This document shows positions 38,729-49,726 of a stretch of DNA of 64,000 nt, piece after piece. This stretch comes from Nemertoderma westbladi (lineage: Eukaryota > Animalia > Xenacoelomorpha), in contig JAUCBJ010007877.1 of NCBI GenBank assembly GCA_032718475.1, positions 1,957 through 65,956 of the forward strand. The letters run 5' to 3'. Each line of letters begins with the position of its first letter. The first letter of the stretch is position 1. Made by a program: the position numbers and the translations under genes. The notes beneath the pieces were generated by a model. That model did not search any database. It was given only the letters and a program-made list of their open reading frames with translations, and had not been told where the DNA came from.

Positions 38729-39800
38729 GTTAGTATCTTTATAAATGTTTTCCGGACATGAACTTTACCATTAATAATTATTACTATGTTTTGTACAGAA
38801 AATCGTCTCCAACATGTCCGGTCCTGTGTCAAGTTCAACTTCCTTGTAGTATGGTAGGCTTCATGGAAAACTTAACATAATGGACTGCTACGCCCGGCTT
38901 CAGGTCCATATGACTTGACCAGACAGAAGCTAATCTACTATATCAATTTGCTAGTCAAGCACTGGAGTTTACCAAAGAACCCCACACCCCCCCACCCCTT
39001 AAGCTACAATCCCCCCCCCCCCCCCCCCCCATGGCAATGCCATAAAATAGAATAATAGTTTAGTTTATAATTATAATATAATATGATAATGTTAGAAACA
39101 TGTGGCAGTTTTTGATGGGGCGCTGTCATTGTTCACTGCGATATCCACTTTGTGAACTGGCAAAAACCCATATCTCCATGGGAAAATCGACACAAATAAC
39201 AGCTGATTACTCCCAAAAATAAAACTGTAACCTGTTCTATTGATTTTAGTTTACTGTTTTCTTAGAATAACGAGCCACTATAACCTGCTCCTTTCCCTTA
39301 ATTGATAATTCTACATTGAGCTTGAGAGAAGTTTTCCACCATGTTTCAACAGGGATTGGGTATCAGCCCCGAGAGTCCAACCCAGCCATATTTACACCTG
39401 TGGCAACTACGATTACTGCCAGGCCTCTCATAGATTCAAGAAGTTCATCCACATCCTATAAGTCGACTTTTCGTCTGTAAAGTTTTGGGCTGCGGACAGC
39501 TGCTTGTCCCAACTTGGGCTGCTGATTCTAATGGACGAGATGGACAGAGTTCTGGTCCCCCAATAGCCACATTTTGGAGCTCACAAATCCAAAGTTCCAT
39601 CCTGGAACCACAAAGGCGGTCTACTTTTGCCAATCCTGTACTAAAGTAACCATTACTTATCATTGATAATGAAGAAAACCTCTTTTCGAAAATGAACTAC
39701 TCGTACCATATACATTATACATTGTATATAAAATATTACAAATAATATTACTGATCTATAGAAGATGTTTAAGCCTGGTTTCCATGATGTAACATACCTA

Positions 39801-40470
39801 CATATAAATGCTACCAAAACCGAATTCAAGACCTTTAATGTTGATGGAAATTTGACAACCATTGATAATAATCAACTAAGGAATGTCAATGACTTCCAGT
39901 ACCTTGGATCATGGATAGAGAGTAGCAAAAAGGACATAGAAGTTAGGAAAGCAAAGGCTTGGGTAGCTCTATCAAAAATGGATACCATCTGGAAATCACA
40001 TCTCTCCAGGCACCTGAAGACTAAGTTCTTTCGAGCCATATTAGAAAGTCTATTTTTATACGGGGGTGAAACATGGACACTGACTAAATCACTTGAACAA
40101 CGAATTGATGGTTGCTACATAAGTCTACTAAGAGCAGCCCTAAACATCAGCTGGAGACAACACATGACAAACACTGTGCTTTATGGTACAATACCACCTG
40201 TATCAACCACCCTCCGTGAACGCAGATTAAGATTCAGTGGGCACTGCTGGCGAAGTAAAAACGAGGTCATACCAGATCTAATTTTCTGGCAACCAACTCA
40301 TGGGAAGCGTAGTCGTGGACGACCGGCCATAACATATATAGATCAACTTGAAAGGGATACTGAACTTGGGAGAAACGAAATTGCGACAACTATGGAGAAT
40401 CGGGAAGCCTGGAAGGATCTCATTTCCACTGTCCGAGTTCGCTCGACCTAGTAGTAGTAGTAGTAGTAGT
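39801..40470 (+). mobile_element. 5'-truncated RTE LINE (family B)
   Basis: FQYLGSWI...RRLRFSGHCWR; (TAG)n tail; flanked by gtaacata(c/g)ctac; near-identical to 25130-25630. Confidence 0.9.
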
Positions 40471-41108
40471 AACATAGCTACTAGCTACATCCCACAATGT
40501 GGCTAGTGGCTAATGAAAATAGCTAGTATCGGCAGGCTACTAGCTGTTGGACGCTGCTCGTAGCAACCGGCTATTCCCCCTAATTTATTCCATAAGCCAA
40601 TATGTATATACCATGCAAATATTGTAATGCAAGAAATGAGAACGATGAGCTAACTAGTCTCCCTAAAAATGAAACATAAGACTTTGTTATCTATTATGGA
40701 TGCAGCTAAGCTATTCAACAGAATAATCTGTAAATTAATTAATAATCTCGAATGTTAGTGTCTAACAAGATAAAACGCACTGTAAAATACCCATACTATT
40801 TCGAATGTTAATGAAAATGAAATCCCAATCAATATCCGAAAAATTAAAAATCACCGACACAAATAGATGGCTTCTGCAGATATTTAAACACTTCGCATCA
40901 AGCTGCTGCAATATTATCATGCACACCATTAATTAGAGTTAGCTCTACTTCTGCCATCTTTTTCACAATCATCCTCTCGACAGGCTCTATAACTAGATTA
41001 ATAGTCCTTCTACTAACATTAGTTTTACTAACAGTTTCCTCAATTTTATTAAGAGTTCGCCTATCATTATTATTATTTATCACTCTCGACTGAGTTACTG
41101 TTCCACGA

Positions 41109-42560
41109 CCTCGTCGTCCCCACTCCATTCCTCTCCCTCCCTTTCCCTCAACCTCGTCGTCCCCACTCCATTCCTCTCCCTCCCTTTCCCTCAACCTCGT
41201 CGTCCCCACTCCATTCCTCTCCCTCCCTTTCCCTCAACCTCGTCGTCCCCACTCCATTCCTCTCCCTCCCTTTCCCTCAACCTCGTCGTCCCCACTCCAT
41301 TCCTCTCCCTCCCTTTCCCTCAACCTCGTCGTCCCCACTCCATTCCTCTCCCTCCCTTTCCCTCAACCTCGTCGTCCCCACTCCATTCCTCTCCCTCCCT
41401 TTCCCTCAACCTCGTCATCCCCACTCCATTCCTCTCCCTCCCTTTCCCTCAACCTCGTCGTGCCCACTCCATTCCTCTCCCTCCCTTTCCCTCAACCTCG
41501 TCGTCCCCACTCCATTCCTCTCCCTCCCTTTCCCTCAACCTCGTCGTCCCCACTCCATTCCTCTCCCTCCCTTTCCCTCAACCTCGTCGTCCCCACTCCA
41601 TTCCTCTCCCTCCCTTTCCCTCAACCTCGTCGTCCCCACTCCATTCCTCTCCCTCCCTTTCCCTCAACCTCGTCGTCCCCACTCCATTCCTCTCCCTCCC
41701 TTTCCCTCAACCTCGTCGTCCCCACTCCATTCCTCTCCCTCCCTTTCCCTCAACCTCGTCATCCCCACTCCATTCCTCTCACTCCCTTTCCCTCAACCTC
41801 GTCGTCCCCACTCCATTCCTCTCCCTCCCTTTCCCTCAACCTCGTCGTCCCCACTCCATTCCTCTCCCTCCCTTTCCCTCAACCTCGTCGTCCCCACTCC
41901 ATTCCTCTCCCTCCCTTTCCCTCAACCTCGTCGTGCCCACTCCATTCCTCTCCCTCCCTTTCCCTCAACCTCGTCATCCCCACTCCATTCCTCTCCCTCC
42001 CTTTCCCTCAACCTCGTCGTCCCCACTCCATTCCTCTCCCTCCCTTTCCCTCAACCTCGTCGTCCCCACTCCATTCCTCTCCCTCCCTTTCCCTCAACCT
42101 CGTCGTCCCCACTCCATTCCTCTCCCTCCCTTTCCCTCAACCTCGTCGTCCCCACTCCATTCCTCTCCCTCCCTTTCCCTCAACCTCGTCGTCCCCACTC
42201 CATTCCTCTCCCTCCCTTTCCCTCAACCTCGTCGTCCCCACTCCATTCCTCTCCCTCCCTTTCCCTCAACCTCGTCGTCCCCACTCCATTCCTCTCCCTC
42301 CCTTTCCCTCAACCTCGTCGTGCCCACTCCATTCCTCTCCCTCCCTTTCCCTCAACCTCGTCATCCCCACTCCATTCCTCTCACTCCCTTTCCCTCAACC
42401 TCGTCGTCCCCACTCCATTCCTCTCCCTCCCTTTCCCTCAACCTCGTCGTGCCCACTCCATTCCTCTCCCTCCCTTTCCCTCAACCTCGTCATCCCCACT
42501 CCATTCCTCTCACTCCCTTTCCCTCAACCTCGTCGTCTCCACTCCATTCCTCTCCCCCCT
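41109..42560. repeat. 43-bp pyrimidine-rich satellite, ~34 copies
   Basis: cctcgtcgtccccactccattcctctccctccctttccctcaa. Confidence 0.96.
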
Positions 42561-42790
42561 AAACGCTAGAATCATCGGCGAACAAAACGGTAAATAAATT
42601 TGTTGAATTAGGTAAATCATTTATGTTTAATAAAAAGAACACCGAACCCATTATGCTTATTTAATACAATTTAATAATAAATAGTAATTTATTATTTAAT
42701 AAAATATATTTGTTAATAACTGAGATATTTATGAGAAATTATTTTACTGAGATATTATTATCATTTAATATTAAATGATATTGATTATGT

Positions 42791-42908
42791 TGAGTACCAG
42801 TTAAATAACTGGGAGCAAATCTTGGGATAGGAGTAGCGCCCACCCCTACCCTCGGGTAGCAGCTATCGAAAGAGGAGCCTTCGGGTCGCCTCCGGCTTCG
42901 GCCGACTG
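42791..42908 (+). mobile_element. 5'-truncated SINE copy
   Basis: Reverse complement of 44945-45059. Confidence 0.75.
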
Positions 42909-43002
42909 TTTGCTTTGAATATTAAATATTTACACAAAATTGAATTACATTCCATTAATTAATTCAAAAAAATGAATTTAATTAAATTCCATTAAAAAAC
43001 AA

Positions 43003-43855
43003 TCAGCCTGATGAGGAAAGTTTTGCTACTTTAAGTTTGTGCTCCTTGTTAGCACTTTTAATCTCTTCAGTTCGCTTATGGCTCCAATTGTTAAGAAAAA
43101 CGTTGGCCAAAATGCTTGAACATTGACTAATATATTGATCTGGAATCAACTGGCACCAATTGTTCAGTTCTTCAAAATATTTTACATATCCTATTTTACA
43201 CAGATGGTCGACACTTTGCTGCATTATAAACGATATGTAACAATATATCGCTAGGTAAACCAGGCAATCAGTTGGCTCATCTAAGCCGCCACAATTTAAT
43301 TGGCGAATAAGATCACCATTACCCTTGAACTCTTCCATACTGTCGTATTCCTGAAGATGCGATTGTAAATCAGGAATCTTCTTAGCTATATAGCCGGCAA
43401 TATACACCAACCCTTAACGAGTTTCCCCACTAACATCACTTTCGGATCCGATTATACAATCTACATCGAGTTCAAGAAAGATGTTACACTTTGAACATCG
43501 GTGACCACTAGTCAACTGTGACATATCTGGACATGTCGCTATATATTTACAAGCCTTATCAATGCCAAACCGTTGCATCACATCCCGGGCTGTGATTAAA
43601 TAAGTCCCTCCAGCTGATTGTCTGTATTGGCCAAATTTCTTTTCCAAAGGATCGGATTGAAACTTTCCTAAAAGCACGAATTCAGCGCTGCACTGTAGCA
43701 TTTGTTCTGATAAGAAGGCCAACCCAATTGAGGTATTACACAATGCCCTAGATGTTGGCTGGGTAAGTTATTTCTGTCTATTATGTGGGCTAGGTGCTTT
43801 GAGAAATTGAGAAAACTGTGGAACGTCTTCTTTGAGAAATTTAATCTGCCAATCA
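43003..43855 (-). pseudogene. P-element/THAP9-like transposase, C-terminal part
   Basis: FQSDPLEKKFGQYRQSAGG and YIAGYIAKK, L..GGL..P motifs; stops present. Confidence 0.82.
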
Positions 43856-44937
43856 TCAGTTAAGGGAAGCACTATTTTTCTGATGCCAAATCGGTCTAAA
43901 CTAACTTTGCAAAAAAAAATTTTTGTTTTCGTAAAATTATAAGCGGGCCTCACGACACTTGAAAATTTCAAATTTTTGGGAAGGCAGAGCCAGTTTTGAA
44001 AATCCCAAATTTTTTGTATTTTTGATAAAAGTTAAGGAAGATGCAAATATATAATGTAAAATAGGTTGGAAACAAACACAAAAATGAAATTGTGATTTTC
44101 ATATAAATCTACCCCAGCCTCATGGCCTTTGAAATTTGGCAAAATTTGCAAAATTTCACCCCAAAAATACAGGAATCCTACAGTGACAATATTGATCAGC
44201 AGGAAATTTAACACATGTACTACTCTGAATTGGGAATCCTAAATGTACACCTCTCACAGCACACCTTACGTAATCACCGTTAAACATAGGGAAACACCAT
44301 AAATTCTCCAGAAAACAGTGAAAATATGATTGGCATTAAATAGCATTAAAGTTTACCAAATGTGCTGCTAAAAAATAAGTTGAAAGAGTCTAATAATACA
44401 CAGAAGCCATTGTTGCCAGGTGACCAAGGAACAGTAACCAATCAGCATGCATTTAAGCACTCATGCTCACTGGTCAGCCGGTAGAGGCACATTAATGGTG
44501 GATTCTGGTATTAGTGTATTCCAATATTCAAGATTTGTTAGGGTTGGATATTGTCATATTCTAAATGTTTAACAGTTAAAGTGCAGATGTAATTTAATAC
44601 TAAGACAGCAAGAGGGCCAGATTTAGGTCCTGCCTACAGAGATACTGTAGTGAAGTGGCATGCTAGCAGCGCGGATGCAAGATCTAGAACCCATCACACA
44701 TGATTTTTTAGTCAGTTCGGTTTTCTGGTATTAATGGTATCCTTAATACTAAATACCGCAACTTCTGCACTTCAACTGTCAACATTTAACAGATGAAAAT
44801 GATCTAACACTAACAATACTGTAATACCAGAATACAGCAACACTGGTTGGTACTACTGGCTGACCAGTAAAACAAGGATGTTGCTGAACTGCATGCTGAT
44901 TGATTTCTTCTTTCACCTAGTATTATTAGCAGCATAT

Positions 44938-45167
44938 CAAGCAAACAGACGAGGCGACCTGAAGGCTACTCTTTTGATAGCTGCTACCCGAGGGTAGGGG
45001 TGGGCGCTACTCCTATCCCAAGATTTGCTGCCAAGATTTGTTATTTAACTGGTACTCATTTTATTGAACCAGTGGATCAAAGGCACAAGAGTAGACCCTG
45101 GTGGGGCTGAACCTACAACCAATCGATTGCAGGCCTGGTGCTCAGCCAACTGAGCTACCCCGCCTTC
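44938..45167 (-). mobile_element. tRNA-derived SINE
   Basis: A box tagctcagttgg, B box ggttcagcccc on minus; 11-bp TSD tagcagcatat at 44927-44937 and 45168-45178. Confidence 0.87.
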
Positions 45168-45227
45168 TAGCAGCATATAGGTAAAATTTAATGCTGATCA
45201 TTTTTTCACTGTTTTTTTGTGGAGATT

Positions 45228-46352
45228 TGTAAAAGCTTTTGTGGGATATAACTGGCCCTTTTGCTTTGCAATCCAGTTTCCCCCCAGGCGCTGGAATACT
45301 CTAAAAAGCTCTCTAACTCGAATGATGCAAAGCGACCGGCTGATTGGCTGATTTGTTATACGAGGGGCTCCTTGCTATGTTCTATCGGCCAACCAGAGCT
45401 ATAGCAGCAGAGTATGCAACCAGGGCAACTGAGCGGAGTGACTCATTTTGTGTGTTGGCCAAGGGTTGCAAAAATCCTGATAGTTCGGCATTTAGATATT
45501 CGTGGAACTTGTGGAATCTGGTGCTCTGCCAATGAGAGCTATTCCTCTCTGTGTAAAAAGATACAGTCAGAGAGTTTTGACTCACTCTCTTCCAGTGCCA
45601 CACGGCACAGTCCGGCATATCGTATCATTGTTACATTATCAGTACATTGTCATATTATATCTTAACCTACCGTCTTAATGGTTTTACTGTTGTTTGGTTG
45701 AATATTATTTGGAGAACATCTATAAAGAACCCAAATTTCCCAATTTTCTTGATACACTACAGATTAGAGAGACAGGTTACATATAGCGATTGCGACTTAT
45801 ATTATCGTGGTTTGTAGTGAGTTTAATGCTATTTGATAGGCACTACATGAGTCAATTGCTGTTCTCTTTATATATGACAAAATTCATTGACGGTCGGCAG
45901 ATTAGTGTGCAGTATTGTGCGTTACCGGTAGTGTGCATGATTGTGGCTGATAACTAAGCATTTCCTAAAGAATGCGCCTCATACGTGAATCATAAGCCTT
46001 ACCGACTTACCGTTGTGTTTAGTATAAGTCATATCTCTGTTTACCTAGATAGAGCGCCACGTCCTAAAGGAACTGTTAATATTTCCCAAAAGTGAATAAT
46101 ATTGGTCAGAAATTATTTATTAACGATCAATCGAATAATACAGTAAGCTTACACTGCAATAACAATCTAAGCCCTCCGAATCCAGTCTCCCGGGTATATC
46201 CAGCGGGTGAATGGACGCGCACTAGGCTGGCTTCGGCTAATGTTGTGTTTATTGGTATTAAATACTTGTCATTTTCTAAAGTCTATTTATAAACCAAAAG
46301 ACATATAAATTTTAGCAGGTTAAACTGCTAAAGGTCTTCAAAAGCGCGTACA
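45228..46352 (+). repeat. 5' LTR of copy 1
   Basis: tgtaaaagc...gcgcgtaca; about 5 substitutions versus the 3' LTR by eye. Confidence 0.95.
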
Positions 46353-46465
46353 ATAACAGTTATACGCTCTATAATCTAAGCCTACTAATGTTTCTTCTAA
46401 AGTCTGAAACGAATTGACTCTAGAGCCGGTGTTCCTGGCCTAGATAGAAACAACACAACAGAGAG

Positions 46466-49400
46466 TTGGAAAATCTTCAAGAGACGCAAGATTGCATAAA
46501 TAAACAGTTAACTGCTAGTCAAATGCAGATGAGGAGTCGATCTACTCCCAAGCGCCAAGGATACACATCATCAGAGGAAGGCGAGACCACCGATCCTGAA
46601 GGCGGAGGAAATAGATCTCGTCTAAGCAGGCGTAGAAAAACATCTCACCGTCACAAATTGCCTGATTTGCCCCCAGCGGTTAGAAGACAACTAGCTAGCA
46701 CAGACTTAGGTAGTACAGAACCCACAGACCAAATTATTAAGGTCAAAAGACTCCCTACTATAGTTGATGAGCCTGAAATAATTAGGCCTGTCGTTCCCAA
46801 AGCCACTCCTGTGCTAGAGACCCCTGTACTTCCAGAGCTTAACTCTAAATTCCCTCTACACAGTACTACACTGCCTGTACCCGGTAGAACAGTCCATGCG
46901 AATATCCCTGTCCTGGACACTGAGAGAGAAATCAAAGATTTGTCTCCCGTCGTCCCGCGTCGGCCCGCTACAATGTTGGCGACTCCCGCTTCGGCGGTCG
47001 AGTGGGTAGAGGAGGGACGGCGGGGGATGAATCTCCTGCTCGGACAGATGCAGGAGACTGTCCACCAACTCAAGGGAACAGTAAGGGAAAGTAGGGCAGA
47101 ATTGCAAGAAGTGCAGCAAAGTATCGCGCTGGAACGCGACAAATTAGTCAATATACAAAAGGGTATACCAATACCCCCAGTAACATTGTGTCAACCTGTT
47201 AGGTCTGAAGTATTACATGCGCAGGGTGTGGAGCCTACACGCATCTATACTGCTAGTGAAGTAGAAACTCCTATAGCAAACCCTATTAAGGGTGATTATA
47301 AACCTGTTGTTAATGATATTCCCTATAGACCTGATAATGATCCGAGAAATTTATATACCGATAATTCGATATTAAATAACACGATGGCCCAAGAAAGCTT
47401 TACGCGTCAGATGGCTAGAACAGAAGCCCACCAAGCGGTCAAAGTGGGAGAGATCGTCAAATTCAATGGAGATGAGATGAAATGGTTACCTTTCAATGAA
47501 TATTACAAAGATAGCATACAGAACTCTGTACTATCTAACGGAGAGAAACTTAGATTCCTCATCAAGTGCTTGGAAGGACCTCCCAAGTTAATGGCGTTAA
47601 AGTTTATTGGACATCCAGAAGGATTAAGACAAGTTTGGGATACATTAAACATCAGGTATGGTAACAAGGATAACATAGCTAAGTATTTGTATGCAAAATT
47701 GGTAGCCCCCCGAAACTTCCTTAGTAGCGGGATTATAGAGTTTTCCGATGAGATTCAGGAGATCTGTAGACAATTGGACTGGTTAGGTAAGTCTCATGAA
47801 TATCAGAGTTCTATGGTTATTGGAGCCGTAGTCTCTACTTTACCAAAGGGTGGAGTATGTACACGCTGGGACAAGAAAGTGTTGTATATGAATGAACAGC
47901 AACGACGAAGCCCTACCATGGCTGATCTCATGTCCTTCTTAGATAGTGAAGTAAAATTTCAACTCATAAAGCAGTCCAGAGAGAAAACATCGGAAAATAA
48001 GGTAAGTGAGAAACCCATTTCTAGGAGAAGGATAATACCAGTGTGTTATACTGACGACGGCGAAAGCCAAGCTTCTCAAGAAGAGGACAGCGGGAAAGAC
48101 ACAGCAAAATCTTACTATGACAACAAGACCTATAAAGACGTAAGTAAATACAAGGCTCGAACCAACGATAGGAGAGAACAGGTTGCCAAGACCCCTCCTC
48201 AGTCTCCTAACAGAATGCACCGAAGAAAGCCCGAAGAAAGAACGAGAGTGCATCAAGTTACCCAAGGTAAAGTGAGTAACATCAAACCAAACTGTGCGCT
48301 GTGCGACGGGCCCCACCGTTTGAGTGCGTGTGCTGAATTTCTAAAGAAATCCCTTGTAGACAGACGTACAGTCATGTGGGATAAGCGGTTATGCTATAAT
48401 TGCCTCAGATCAGGACACCAACGGCGAACCTGTTACTCCGACGTAAAGTGTGCAAAGTGCGGTGCGAAACATCACATCTTGTTACACAGTGAATTCGAAC
48501 GAGACAACCCGAGTCAGGTAAGTGAGCCCGAACTACATGTCCAATTCAGTGATGTAAATGACACTGATCAAGAGTCTGAGATGGAAGGATTCTATACTGA
48601 CGAATTCTCCGACGCCAACGAATCCTGTTACCTAATCAATACCGCAGTGTATCGAGCACTTACTTACGAAAAGGACACCGACAATGAGTTTTCCCCAACT
48701 ACTTTTGACAGACAACCATCTTGGAAAGCTCCAACTTCCAACGTAGGTATCAGAGAATTTCCTGTAGTGCAGGTAAGAGTTCACGGTCCTAACAAAAGTT
48801 ACATAGTGAACGCCCTCCTTGACTCCGGCAGCACAGGAACATTCATCGATCAAGAACTAGCCGAAGATATCTTTGCTGGACAACCCAAATTCCGGACTAA
48901 ATTGAATATGTCAGGAATTATGCAGGTTTGGAAATCTACCCTAACGGCAGATTACTATGTAGGTGTGTTGTCCACCCCCCAGGATAAATTAGGAGCACAA
49001 GGTATAAGGTCGGTAAAAATGGTGGCTATAAAGAACTTCGCTACTACTCAAGCAGATCTTTATAATTGGGACGAGGATGAGAGCATCCAACAGCTTAAGA
49101 TACCTCGATTCCAGACAGATTATCCTGGAGTGCAAATACTCATCGGCCAAAACGCGCATGAGGCGCTCGAGACATTGGAGAAACGGCCTGCTCAACCGCT
49201 GCCACTACAAACCTATGTGGTAAGAACTAGAGTAGGTTGGTACTTCACTGGCCCTTCCCGTAGAACTCTCAAAGAGAGATTACCTCAACAACAGGTGTAC
49301 CAAGTAAAGGAATGGGAAGTGGAGAGCAGTGATGTGGACGATCCAACTGAGGGAACACCATACTCCTCAGATAATGACGATATTAACTCCAATGTAGATC

Positions 49401-49726
49401 AATGGAGACATTGCCTTGGGACGATTAATCCAGCCGACATCGCTTCCAGAGGAGCAACTCCTCAAGAACTGATAGATACTCCAGGCTGGTTAGGTGGATC
49501 CGACTTCTTAAGTAAAGAAGAAGAAGAATGGCCTCCTCATCTTACCACGGCGGAGATTAGACAGGCCAAGGGAGCGGAGAAAGTAACACAACAACTCAAT
49601 CGCCCAGCTGGTCGTTTATGTTTACTGGAAAGAGACCGAAAACTGTCCGGAAACTATGGAAGGCAAGATACTCTTCCTACGACCACTTCCCTAATCCGAC
49701 AAATATCTAGGGACTCCATAACGTAA
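46466..49726 (+). CDS. BEL/Pao Gag-aspartic protease fused in frame to RNase H C-terminal remnant
   Basis: KFNGD..W..F / EKLRFL..CL.G (DUF1759-like), three Zn knuckles CALCDGPH..C, CYNCLRSGH..C, CAKCGAKHH.LLH, protease ALLDSGS, then QWRH..NPADIASRG. The first ATG is at 46523. Confidence 0.93.
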   Translation: MENLQETQDCINKQLTASQMQMRSRSTPKRQGYTSSEEGETTDPEGGGNRSRLSRRRKTSHRHKLPDLPPAVRRQLASTDLGSTEPTDQIIKVKRLPTIVDEPEIIRPVVPKATPVLETPVLPELNSKFPLHSTTLPVPGRTVHANIPVLDTEREIKDLSPVVPRRPATMLATPASAVEWVEEGRRGMNLLLGQMQETVHQLKGTVRESRAELQEVQQSIALERDKLVNIQKGIPIPPVTLCQPVRSEVLHAQGVEPTRIYTASEVETPIANPIKGDYKPVVNDIPYRPDNDPRNLYTDNSILNNTMAQESFTRQMARTEAHQAVKVGEIVKFNGDEMKWLPFNEYYKDSIQNSVLSNGEKLRFLIKCLEGPPKLMALKFIGHPEGLRQVWDTLNIRYGNKDNIAKYLYAKLVAPRNFLSSGIIEFSDEIQEICRQLDWLGKSHEYQSSMVIGAVVSTLPKGGVCTRWDKKVLYMNEQQRRSPTMADLMSFLDSEVKFQLIKQSREKTSENKVSEKPISRRRIIPVCYTDDGESQASQEEDSGKDTAKSYYDNKTYKDVSKYKARTNDRREQVAKTPPQSPNRMHRRKPEERTRVHQVTQGKVSNIKPNCALCDGPHRLSACAEFLKKSLVDRRTVMWDKRLCYNCLRSGHQRRTCYSDVKCAKCGAKHHILLHSEFERDNPSQVSEPELHVQFSDVNDTDQESEMEGFYTDEFSDANESCYLINTAVYRALTYEKDTDNEFSPTTFDRQPSWKAPTSNVGIREFPVVQVRVHGPNKSYIVNALLDSGSTGTFIDQELAEDIFAGQPKFRTKLNMSGIMQVWKSTLTADYYVGVLSTPQDKLGAQGIRSVKMVAIKNFATTQADLYNWDEDESIQQLKIPRFQTDYPGVQILIGQNAHEALETLEKRPAQPLPLQTYVVRTRVGWYFTGPSRRTLKERLPQQQVYQVKEWEVESSDVDDPTEGTPYSSDNDDINSNVDQWRHCLGTINPADIASRGATPQELIDTPGWLGGSDFLSKEEEEWPPHLTTAEIRQAKGAEKVTQQLNRPAGRLCLLERDRKLSGNYGRQDTLPTTTSLIRQISRDSIT

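Noticed and set aside
41460-42569. 369-aa and 209-aa Pro/Ser-rich ORFs
   Set aside because: Translations of a stop-free 43-bp satellite.
45344-46292. Short ORFs duplicated at 52996-53944
   Set aside because: They lie within the LTRs, have no motifs and are not conserved in the copy 2 LTR.
46466-49726. Domesticated host gag gene
   Set aside because: Flanked by near-identical LTRs and a TSD, so it is part of a recently mobile element.
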